A stretch of 64,000 bases of DNA from Gammaproteobacteria bacterium (GTDB lineage: Bacteria > Pseudomonadota > Gammaproteobacteria > Ga0077536). The DNA lies in assembly GCA_963662545.2 (NCBI GenBank), contig CAXXLL010000003.1, positions 512,001 through 576,000 of the forward strand, written 5' to 3'. Every line of letters starts with the position of its first letter. Within the stretch, counting starts at the first letter, position 1. The position numbers and the translations under genes are program-made. Positions 28,777-37,376 of this stretch are shown here, one piece after another. The notes beneath the pieces were generated by a model, which saw only the letters and a list, made by a program, of their open reading frames with translations, searched no databases and was not told the origin of the DNA.

Positions 28777-30072
28777 TCAGATTTCCTGAGACATTTTCTC
28801 GGTGGTCACGGAAAGCCGGTGTATCAGCGTTCTCAGAAAGACTTTGAGAAAGCGCACCTGGCAGTTGAGTGACACCTGGCTGATCACCGTCGAGTTTACC
28901 TTGAGCAGCGACGTCGCCCCGGTTGCGGCGATCGTCGCGCTGCGCTTGGTCTTCGCCAGGTAGCCCATTTCACCGAAGCAGTCGCCGGCCATCAGGGCCC
29001 GGAGATCCTTGCCCCCTTTTTGAACCCAGACCTGGCCCTTCACGATGATATAAAAGGAATCGTCGAGTTCCCCTTCGACGATGATCTCGTCTCTATCGCG
29101 ATAGTCCTGCCATTTTCCAGCGCGAACGATTTCCCAGATTTCCGCATCCGGAAAACCCTCGAAGAAATCGAGTTGCTTGACCGCCTGGAACTGCTCCTGC
29201 TCCGAAATGTTCTCCTCCGGTCGCTCGAGCAGCGCATCGAAAGCAATGCTCAGTTCCGACGCCAATTCCATCCCCATCTGGTAGCGATCGTCGCGGTTCT
29301 TCGCCAGTGCTTTGTTGAGAATCTTGACGAGCGAATTCGGGATGTCGGTTCGGAACTGCTGCACGGCCGGCGGATCTTCGTTGAGGATCCTCTGCACCAG
29401 TCTCGAAAAGGTCTCCGCAGCAAACGGATGTTTTCCAGCCAGCAATTCATACATGACGATGCCGAGAGAAAAAAGGTCGGTCTGGCTGGTGATGTAATCC
29501 TCACTAACCTGCTCCGGCGACATATAGCGGGGCGAACCGACGAGTCCCATCGGCATGGTGTCGGTCGAATCCATCTTGCTCAGGTGAGCGATGCTGAAAT
29601 CGCCAATCTTGACGTCCCCATCCTTCGTCACGAGGATGTTCGTGGGCTTGATGTCGCGATGGATGACACCCTGCTTGTGCGCATAATCGAGCGCTTTCGC
29701 GCACTTGAATATCGTCTCCACCACTTTTTCGATCGGCAGCAGATTGTCCTGGCGGCAGAATTTCTTCAGCGTCTCACCACCTTCGACCAGTTCCATCACG
29801 ATGTAGCAGGTATCACCGTCGACGCCTGCGTCGTAAATTCCAATGATGTTGGGATGCGTGAGACGCCCAGCCGTATGCGCTTCATTGAAGAACATCTTGC
29901 GAAACCGATCGCCGCCTTCTTCATCATTGAGCTGCTCGGGGTGCGCAACCTTAATCGCGACATTACGGTCGATATACGGGTCGTGGCCGAGGTAGACAGT
30001 CCCCATGCTGCCGCGGTCAATTTCGGAAATGACGTTATATTTTCCCAGATTTTCGGGAACTTCTGCGCTCAT
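28777..30072 (-). CDS. Soluble Hanks-type Ser/Thr kinase with C-terminal cNMP-binding domain (paralog 1)
   Basis: RGSMGTVY, VAIK, HRDIKPTN, DFS, GSPRYMSPEQ, DLFSLG; C-terminal EGE.DDSFYII..G.V..GDCFGEMGYL....RSA. Confidence 0.9.
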   Translation of the reverse strand: MSAEVPENLGKYNVISEIDRGSMGTVYLGHDPYIDRNVAIKVAHPEQLNDEEGGDRFRKMFFNEAHTAGRLTHPNIIGIYDAGVDGDTCYIVMELVEGGETLKKFCRQDNLLPIEKVVETIFKCAKALDYAHKQGVIHRDIKPTNILVTKDGDVKIGDFSIAHLSKMDSTDTMPMGLVGSPRYMSPEQVSEDYITSQTDLFSLGIVMYELLAGKHPFAAETFSRLVQRILNEDPPAVQQFRTDIPNSLVKILNKALAKNRDDRYQMGMELASELSIAFDALLERPEENISEQEQFQAVKQLDFFEGFPDAEIWEIVRAGKWQDYRDRDEIIVEGELDDSFYIIVKGQVWVQKGGKDLRALMAGDCFGEMGYLAKTKRSATIAATGATSLLKVNSTVISQVSLNCQVRFLKVFLRTLIHRLSVTTEKMSQEI

Positions 30073-30409
30073 TTGATATTCTTTTCGCTTCGGTCGAAGG
30101 CCAAGCGCTCGCGGCAGGGTTTGCAATCGGGTTGTACCCGTAGCGGTTCTATTCCGCAGCAGCCAGCAGTGTAATTCATAACAGCGACCCAAGATACCAC
30201 AGACACACCCGGCGCCCCATGAAAAAAGATGAACAATGCGGCCCGGTTCTCGCATCTTGAACCGGGACACTTTGGTGCCGGTTGATCGAAAAACAGACGC
30301 GGTTCGCCGCGGCGATACCGCGGCGCGCTAAGATAGGCATCGAACGGCGATGACGGCGCGTCCGCACCAAAATGGTCATACCGCCGTAGAAATCTGAGAT
30401 AGGTTCTAG

Positions 30410-30635
30410 CAGCCTGTCAGACTTAGGAAATCGTAGCGAGGCGGGTGGGAGAGCGGTCTGAGAGGTGTCATGGTTTGATGCGAATAGTGGTGCTATTTAA
30501 AGAAAAATTCGTCAGGAACGAATTTTCGCGTAGCCCCGTAGGGGTGAAGCGCAGGGACGCGCTGAACAAAACCATGGCGCCTCTCAGACCGCTATCCCAA
30601 CGCCCAAGTCAATTCTTCCTAAGTCCGAAAGGCTG
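30410..30635. mobile_element. MITE-like element, family B copy 1 (226 bp), with a nested 65-bp insert
   Basis: TIR CAGCCTGTC(A/G)GACTTAGG, CTAG on both flanks (30406-30409, 30636-30639); homologous to 50696-50855 apart from the insert at 30503-30567. Confidence 0.88.
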
Positions 30636-30641
30636 CTAGAC

Positions 30642-32258
30642 ATGAATGATAAAGTCCGCTCCGTCAGGAACGATCTGCGAAAGCGGGCAGAACCCCCGGC
30701 ACGATTGACAGATCTGTTCGAGCGTGAACCTGGCCGCGCCAGCAGAATGACCTTGAGCGCGGCCGGCTTGTCGATCGACTTCTCGAAGAACCTTCTCGAC
30801 CAGGAAACGTTGGAGAGACTCGCCGACCTGGCGAGTGCAGCCGGCTTGAACGAAGCCATCCGGACGATGTTCGACGGTGGGACCATCAACCGCACCGAAG
30901 GACGCGCCGTGCTTCATACCGCGCTTCGGGCTGGACCGGATTGTGCAGCGTCGATTGCGGGCGAAAGGGTTGCACCGGAGATCGAGTCGGTCCTCACGAA
31001 AATGCGCGAATTTGTCGACGCCGTACGCGGCGGACGCTGGACGGGTTACAGCGGAGAACATATTACCGATGTCGTGAATATCGGCATCGGCGGCTCACAT
31101 CTCGGGCCCCAGCTCGCCTGCGAAGCATTACGCTACAACAGCTCCGCGGTTCCGCGTCCGCATTTCCTGGCCAATGTCGACGGCGGAGAATTCGACCGCA
31201 TCGTGCCGCCGCTGGATCCCGAATCGACCCTGTTCATCGTTGCGTCGAAATCGTTCACCACCGTCGAAACGCGTTTGAATGCAACTTCCGCACGGGCCTG
31301 GCTCGCCGAACGATTTCCGCAAAAAGGGGCCGTGGCCCGACACTTCGTCGCCGTGAGCGCAAACCCGGAACGCGCGATAGAATTCGGAATCGACGCCGGC
31401 AACGTATTCCCGATGTGGGATTGGGTCGGCGGACGATACTCGATGTGGTCGGCGATCGGCTTGCCCATTGCGCTGACCGTGGGGATGGATGATTTCCAGG
31501 CGATGCTCGCCGGCGCCGCCGATATGGACCGGCATTTCCTGCAATCACCGTTCGCGGAGAACCTGCCGGTCACGCTCGGGCTGATCGGGATCTGGAACAA
31601 CAATTTCCTCGGCGCGGAATCATACGCCGTGGTGCCGTACGACGATCGATTGAGACACCTGCCGGACTACCTGCAGCAGCTCGAGATGGAAAGCAACGGC
31701 AAGCGCGTGACGCTATCCAATGAGGTGGTCGAAACCGGTACTGCTCCCGTCACTTGGGGCGGACTGGGGACCAACGCGCAGCACGCTTTCTTTCAACTGC
31801 TGCATCAGGGAACGCGTTTCGTGCCGCTGGATTTCATCATCACCATGACGCACCCTTCCAAGCGTCTCCAACACCAAGACATGTTGGTAGCCCATTGCTT
31901 CGCTCAGGCGGCGGGGCTCATGACCGGCGCCTTGGCAGTCTCTTCAGAGGAGCCCGCGCCGCAGGGGATTGACCAGTCTCTGCACAAATCGATCCCCGGG
32001 AATAAACCCAGCAACATGATCACCATGCACGCTCTGACACCGCGAACGCTCGGCGCCTTGATCGCTCTTTATGAACACAAAACTTACGTACAAAGCGTCA
32101 TTTGGAATATCAACGCCTTCGACCAGTGGGGCGTCGAAACCAGTAAAAAACTGGCAACCCAAATTCTCCAGGAGATTGCCAGCAGTCACGTCGACGCCCG
32201 CCATGATGCCTCGACCGCCGCTCTGCTGCGACACTACATCGAAAGCCGACGGCCCTAG
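30642..32258 (+). CDS. pgi: Glucose-6-phosphate isomerase
   Basis: IN.TEGRAVLH, NIGIGGSHLGP, SKSFTT.ET, WVGGRYS, QQLEMESNGK, FDQWGVE. Confidence 0.96.
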   Translation: MNDKVRSVRNDLRKRAEPPARLTDLFEREPGRASRMTLSAAGLSIDFSKNLLDQETLERLADLASAAGLNEAIRTMFDGGTINRTEGRAVLHTALRAGPDCAASIAGERVAPEIESVLTKMREFVDAVRGGRWTGYSGEHITDVVNIGIGGSHLGPQLACEALRYNSSAVPRPHFLANVDGGEFDRIVPPLDPESTLFIVASKSFTTVETRLNATSARAWLAERFPQKGAVARHFVAVSANPERAIEFGIDAGNVFPMWDWVGGRYSMWSAIGLPIALTVGMDDFQAMLAGAADMDRHFLQSPFAENLPVTLGLIGIWNNNFLGAESYAVVPYDDRLRHLPDYLQQLEMESNGKRVTLSNEVVETGTAPVTWGGLGTNAQHAFFQLLHQGTRFVPLDFIITMTHPSKRLQHQDMLVAHCFAQAAGLMTGALAVSSEEPAPQGIDQSLHKSIPGNKPSNMITMHALTPRTLGALIALYEHKTYVQSVIWNINAFDQWGVETSKKLATQILQEIASSHVDARHDASTAALLRHYIESRRP

Positions 32259-32281
32259 CCCGCCTATTGCACGAAGGCGGG

Positions 32282-33580
32282 CTAACCCGCTGCGTCGCGC
32301 ACCATCATTTCAGTCGTCTTCGACAGGCGATCGATCAATACCTTGAGAAAGACTCTGTAAAAGCGCAATTGACAGTCCGAGGTGACTTGTTCGATTAGCG
32401 TTGAATTCACCTTCATCAGTGAAACGGGGCCATCAGCCGTCACGGATGCAGTCCGCTTGATGCGATTGAGGTAGCCCATTTCCCCGAAACAATCGCCTTC
32501 GTGAAGCTGGCCCACAAAATGATCGGCCTTCGATACCGTGACATCGCCGTTCATGATGATGAAGAATGAATCCTCGACGTCGCCTTCCGTGACGATTTTG
32601 TCATCGACGTCCACTTCTATCCATACGCTGGCCCGGATGATCTCCCAAATCTCGGAGTCTGGAAAACCGCGAAAGAATTCGAGCTGTTTGACGCAATCGA
32701 ATTTCTCTTTAATCGAAATGTCCTCCTGCGGACGATCGAGGTGCGTAAACGCCATGCTCAATTCGGAGGCCATATCCAGACCCATTCGGTAACGGCGGGC
32801 CGTTGTTTTCTCCAGCGAACGACGCACGATCTGCTCGACCACTTCTGGCATATCGCTTATAAATTGTTTCATAGGGGTTGGCTCTTCATTCACGATCTTG
32901 TGCACGAGGCTGGAAAAGCTTTCACCTCCGAAGGGATGGTGGCCGGTGCATAATTCGTAGGCGACGATGCCAAGAGAGAACAAATCCGTTTGATTGGTGA
33001 TCATATCTTCGTGCACCTGTTCCGGTGACATATATCTCGGTGACCCGACAAAACCCATTGGCATGGTGTCCGACATATCTTCGCGGACGGCATGCGCGAT
33101 ACTGAAGTCGGCGATCTTCACGTCCATATCTTCGGTCAACAGTATGTTCGAGGGTTTGATATCACGATGTATCACGCCCTGTCTGTGCGCGTAGTCAAGC
33201 GCCTTGGCGCATTTAAAGATGATTTCGGCGGCCTGGTTTAAAGGCAACAATTTATCGGGGCGGCAGTGAGGCCGTAGTGTGCCTCCATCAGCAACGAGTT
33301 CCATGACGATGTAGCACAAATCACCATCGACACCCGCGTCGAAAATATCGAGAATATTAGGATGGCGCAGCATGCCCGCAGTGTGCGCCTCATTGAAAAA
33401 CATTTTGCGAAAGCGCGCACCGGTATCGGCGTCCTTTAGCGCATCGGCCAGCGCAACTTTCACCGCCACCGAACGATCGATATACGGATCATAGGCGCGA
33501 TAAACAACGCCCATGCTACCCCGGCCGACCTCTTTCTCTATTTCGTACTTGCCCAGTTTATCGGGCGCGTCATTACTCAT
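32282..33580 (-). CDS. Soluble Hanks-type Ser/Thr kinase with C-terminal cNMP-binding domain (paralog 2)
   Basis: GRGSMGVVY, VAVK, HRDIKPSN, DFS, GSPRYMSPEQ; GDCFGEMGYL....RTA; colinear with 28777-30072. Confidence 0.9.
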   Translation of the reverse strand: MSNDAPDKLGKYEIEKEVGRGSMGVVYRAYDPYIDRSVAVKVALADALKDADTGARFRKMFFNEAHTAGMLRHPNILDIFDAGVDGDLCYIVMELVADGGTLRPHCRPDKLLPLNQAAEIIFKCAKALDYAHRQGVIHRDIKPSNILLTEDMDVKIADFSIAHAVREDMSDTMPMGFVGSPRYMSPEQVHEDMITNQTDLFSLGIVAYELCTGHHPFGGESFSSLVHKIVNEEPTPMKQFISDMPEVVEQIVRRSLEKTTARRYRMGLDMASELSMAFTHLDRPQEDISIKEKFDCVKQLEFFRGFPDSEIWEIIRASVWIEVDVDDKIVTEGDVEDSFFIIMNGDVTVSKADHFVGQLHEGDCFGEMGYLNRIKRTASVTADGPVSLMKVNSTLIEQVTSDCQLRFYRVFLKVLIDRLSKTTEMMVRDAAG

Positions 33581-33897
33581 CGAAAGCGGCTGCTACGTAG
33601 CGTTGCACGAATGCACAGCGGGCACGCGTGTACGCAGGGTTCCCAGAATGCTCTACATCTCTACATATGGTGTCGATTGCGCAGGCGATTTGCAAGGAAA
33701 TCGAGACGTGATTCAGAGATTCATCGGAACTAACGATAGCACTGGCATTTGCAAACTGGATCTGAGTTTTCATCGACGCGGAGTGAAAAATGTCGGGAAC
33801 ACATTTTTCGCCGTCCTGTTATCCATTCGAGTAGCGGGTATCACTGAAATGCCGGCCGGACATCCACAAAGACTTCAGCGATGGATATAATCGACAC

Positions 33898-34545
33898 ATG
33901 CAAAAGCCTTTCCGATCGACGCCCGGATTGATCGCCGGCACGCTCGTCGTCATCGCCTTCGGAGCGGGCGTCGCGCTCTCTTACCTGCACATGCGGCAAG
34001 GAGATGCGGCCATGGTCGAAGGCTTATTATGGCCCGACCCGCCGATAGTCAGCCCGGTTCACCTGCTCGATCACGACAGCGCCCCGTTTACCCTCGATCG
34101 TCTTCGCGGTAAATGGACATTCTTGTTTTTCGGTTTCACCAGCTGCCCGGATATCTGCCCCACCACCCTGGAGCTACTCGCCCGCGCTCATGACGATCTC
34201 AAGACACACGACCGTTACGGCGCCGCAGGCCAGGTCGTTTTTGTTTCGGTCGATCCCGATCGCGACTCGCCCGAAATCTTGCGCGCGTACGTACAGTATT
34301 TTCACGAAGACTTCATCGGCGTAACCGCCGCCGTCGAGGAACTCGAGGATTTTACGCGTGAACTGGGCGTTCTATTCATGAAAGTTCCTCAGGGCAGTGA
34401 TGACTACAGCGTCGATCATTCCGCGGGAATCTTTCTGATTGATCCGGATCTCAGAGTCGTCAGCGTCATCACGCCGCCCCATTCGACGAATACAATCGTA
34501 CGCCGATTCGACGAAATCAGCGCCTATATCGAATCAAGCCTGTGA
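33898..34545 (+). CDS. SCO1/SenC copper chaperone
   Basis: FGFTSCPDICP, SVDPDRD, VDHS. Confidence 0.93.
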   Translation: MQKPFRSTPGLIAGTLVVIAFGAGVALSYLHMRQGDAAMVEGLLWPDPPIVSPVHLLDHDSAPFTLDRLRGKWTFLFFGFTSCPDICPTTLELLARAHDDLKTHDRYGAAGQVVFVSVDPDRDSPEILRAYVQYFHEDFIGVTAAVEELEDFTRELGVLFMKVPQGSDDYSVDHSAGIFLIDPDLRVVSVITPPHSTNTIVRRFDEISAYIESSL

Positions 34546-34979
34546 ACCGAAACTCTATGATCATGGCCGTACTTCTCGCGGCAGTTTCGGGAAAGCTCAC
34601 CGCTTGCGACGGACTCGTAGCGGAGGAAGGCTGGGTACGTCAACCGCCGCCCGGAAGCACGCTTGCCGCCGCGTACGTCGAACTGCGCAATATCGGAACG
34701 ACAACGCTGCACATTACGGGTATTCGCAGTGCGGATTTCAACTCGGCGATGCTGCATGAGACGCTACATTCCGACGGGCAGGCCCGCATGCGCCTTCTTG
34801 ACGGCATCGATCTCGAGCCGAACTCGAGCTTTCGAGCGACACCCGGGGGGCGCCATATCATGTTGAGCGGTCCGACAAAGCCATTGGGAGAAAGCGTCTC
34901 AATCGAGATCACTTTCGACTGCGGCCCAGATTCCTCACTGACCGCTTATATGCCCGTTCGCAGGAAAGCGCCCAAATGA
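34542..34979 (+). CDS. PCu(A)C periplasmic copper chaperone
   Basis: Signal peptide; WVR, AAY, LHET..M..PGGRHIML. Confidence 0.88.
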   Translation: MNRNSMIMAVLLAAVSGKLTACDGLVAEEGWVRQPPPGSTLAAAYVELRNIGTTTLHITGIRSADFNSAMLHETLHSDGQARMRLLDGIDLEPNSSFRATPGGRHIMLSGPTKPLGESVSIEITFDCGPDSSLTAYMPVRRKAPK

Positions 34980-34982
34980 GCG

Positions 34983-35885
34983 GTGATTCAACGAACCTTC
35001 CATATGCTTTTTAGGTTTGTTTCCCGTCTTTTCGTACTCGCCCAGTACGTTATTCCAAAACACGCGATCTCCAGGTTGACCGGTGCACTTTCAGGGCTCC
35101 GGCTGTCCTGGATGACACATCTGGCCATCCACGTTTTCGTCAAGGCCTACGACGTCGATATGGCCGAAGCTGCCGAGCCCGATATTCGGAGCTATCCGAG
35201 TTTCAACGCTTTTTTCACCCGTGCACTGGCACCCGGCGTCCGTCCGCTGGCGGATGAGAGGGCGGAAATCGTGAGTCCTACCGACGGAATCGTCAGTCAG
35301 ATCGGCATGATCGATGGATCCTGCATCATCCAGGCGAAGGGCATCGACTATACTCTGGTGGACCTTTTCGACGGAGATGACGACCTCGCCAGCCGATTCG
35401 ACAACGGCGGTTTCGTCACTATCTATCTGGCGCCGCGCAACTATCATCGCGTGCACTTGCCGTTGGCAGGGCGTGCGCGGTTTTTGCGTTATGTCCCCGG
35501 GACTCTATTTTCCGTCGATGACACGACGACGCGAAAAATTCGCCGCCTGTTTTGCCGAAATGAACGCGTCGCGGTTGTCTACGATACGCCCGGCGGTAAT
35601 TTTGCTTTGATCATGGTGGGCGCTCTCAACGTCGGCAGCATCGAACTCACCTTGCCTGTGCCCAAGCATTTCGCGAATCGCCCACACGCTAATTACCCGC
35701 CCCAAGAGACCCACGAGCTTGATGCGGATCCGGCCGCGTGTGGCTCCGAATTCGGGCGCTTCAATATGGGTTCGACCGTCATCCTCGTGACCAGCCGCGG
35801 GCTCGTCGAATGGTCGGCGACACCGGCCGCGGGCAGTCCACTAAAAATGGGAGCACCGCTCGGGCGGCTTCTGTCTCCCGGCTAG
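34983..35885 (+). CDS. psd: Phosphatidylserine decarboxylase
   Basis: SFNAFFTR, QAKG..Y, YLAPRNYHRVH, RNER, VGALNVGSI, FNMGSTV pyruvoyl site. Confidence 0.92.
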   Translation: MIQRTFHMLFRFVSRLFVLAQYVIPKHAISRLTGALSGLRLSWMTHLAIHVFVKAYDVDMAEAAEPDIRSYPSFNAFFTRALAPGVRPLADERAEIVSPTDGIVSQIGMIDGSCIIQAKGIDYTLVDLFDGDDDLASRFDNGGFVTIYLAPRNYHRVHLPLAGRARFLRYVPGTLFSVDDTTTRKIRRLFCRNERVAVVYDTPGGNFALIMVGALNVGSIELTLPVPKHFANRPHANYPPQETHELDADPAACGSEFGRFNMGSTVILVTSRGLVEWSATPAAGSPLKMGAPLGRLLSPG

Positions 35886-35936
35886 AACTTATCTCAAAAT
35901 TATCCGCGTGCGCGAATAATTTTGAGGAAGGTTCTA
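35883..35936. repeat. 54-bp hairpin made of family-C TIRs (collapsed MITE / bidirectional terminator)
   Basis: TAGAACTTATCTCAAAATTATCCGCG versus rc TAGAACCTTCCTCAAAATTATTCGCG (22/26); runs exactly from the psd stop to the nuoN stop; resembles the TIR at 2291. Confidence 0.75.
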
Positions 35937-37367
35937 ATAAGCCAGCATCGCCGCTATACAGACGGACATCAGGGTTCCGGGTAACAGACCGAGCAAAAGA
36001 ATCGTGATGCCGTTCACGCTGAATATCAGCCGCACATCTTCGGTTGCGTGGATGGCATCTACCTCGGCGTCGGGTTCGTCGAAATACATGAGCTTGACCA
36101 CCCGCAGGTAATAATAGGCGCCGATGATCGAGAAAAACACGGCGACGGCCGCAAGCCAGGCAAAACCTGCCGAGATCACCTCCTTGAGTACGAACCACTT
36201 GGCCCAGAACCCTGCGAACGGCGGGACGCCGGCAAGTGAAAACATCAATACCATCATCAGGAAAGCCAGCCAGGGGCTGCGCCTCGCCAGACCGGCGAAA
36301 TCCTGCAACTGATCGGATTCATTCGCGGCCGTTGCCAGCACAATGATGCAACCGAATGCACCCATGCTCATCAATGCGTAGACGATGACGTAAAACATCG
36401 ATGCCGCGTAACCAAGCGAATTGGCCGCCAGGATACCGAGTAGCAGAAAGCCCATATGCGCGATCGTCGAATAAGCCAACATGCGCTTCAGGTTGGTTTG
36501 CACGATGGCGACGATGTTGCCGAGCCCTATCGAGGTGACGGCGAGGAGAATCAGCATGAGCTGCCAATCGTCAGCCAGGCCCCCAAGTCCATCGGCCAAC
36601 AGGCGTATGGCCATCGCGAACGCAGCCAGCTTGGTGGCGGACCCGATGAACAAGGTGACCGGCGTCGGCGCGCCCTGGTACACGTCCGGTACCCACATGT
36701 GAAAAGGTGCCACGCCCAGCTTGAACGCAATGCCGATCAGGACGAACACCAGGCCAAAGGTGAACATCAGCCGGTCCTCGTTCGCAACCGTCCGTTCGGA
36801 AAGAATGCCGAGGTCCAGCGTTTCGGCGACCCCGTAGAGCATCGACATGCCATACAGCAGCATGCCCGAAGCCAGGGCGCCGAGAACGAAATATTTCATC
36901 GCCGCTTCGGAGGCGGGTATTGAATCCCGATCCATCGCGACCATCGCGTACAGTGAAAGCGACATTAACTCGAGACCCAGGTATACGGTCAGCAAGCTAT
37001 GCGCTGATATCAGCACCATCATGCCAATCGTGGCAAACAGGCCCAGGATGTAAAACTCGGTCATCGGCCGCTCGCGCCGCGAGAAATACTCGCGCGCATA
37101 AAAGAACGCGAACAGGACGATGACCATCAAAAACGCCTTGAGCACGGCGGACATCACGTCGAGTCGGAACGTGCCGCTGAAAACGCTCATCGTATGTTCC
37201 GGAAACCACAGCGCGATCTCGACCAGCACGACGAGCACGGATATTACCGCTGCCCAGAACGTTACCGCGGCCGAACGCGTTCCGCGGAATACGTCGATGA
37301 GCAACACCAGACAGGCGAAGCCTGTCAATGTTACTTCGGGGAGTACGGTGAAGATCTCGTCCATCAA
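35934..37367 (-). CDS. nuoN: NADH-quinone oxidoreductase subunit N
   Basis: EAAMKYF, FKLG.APFHMWVPDVY, KRMLAYS, SLAGVPP. Start may be 37364. Confidence 0.96.
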   Translation of the reverse strand: MMDEIFTVLPEVTLTGFACLVLLIDVFRGTRSAAVTFWAAVISVLVVLVEIALWFPEHTMSVFSGTFRLDVMSAVLKAFLMVIVLFAFFYAREYFSRRERPMTEFYILGLFATIGMMVLISAHSLLTVYLGLELMSLSLYAMVAMDRDSIPASEAAMKYFVLGALASGMLLYGMSMLYGVAETLDLGILSERTVANEDRLMFTFGLVFVLIGIAFKLGVAPFHMWVPDVYQGAPTPVTLFIGSATKLAAFAMAIRLLADGLGGLADDWQLMLILLAVTSIGLGNIVAIVQTNLKRMLAYSTIAHMGFLLLGILAANSLGYAASMFYVIVYALMSMGAFGCIIVLATAANESDQLQDFAGLARRSPWLAFLMMVLMFSLAGVPPFAGFWAKWFVLKEVISAGFAWLAAVAVFFSIIGAYYYLRVVKLMYFDEPDAEVDAIHATEDVRLIFSVNGITILLLGLLPGTLMSVCIAAMLAY

Positions 37368-37376
37368 AGATCGGTC

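Noticed and set aside
29020-30174. Long antisense ORFs (e.g. 29020-30174, 11856-12734, 45261-46079, 5836-6513, 59386-60108)
   Set aside because: They lie opposite well-supported genes, have no recognisable motifs, and are expected shadows in GC-rich coding DNA.
2195-30400. Genomic island integrated at tRNA-Arg(CCT)
   Set aside because: No integrase, no visible duplicate of the tRNA 3' end and no obvious compositional shift; the genes look like ordinary accessory metabolism.
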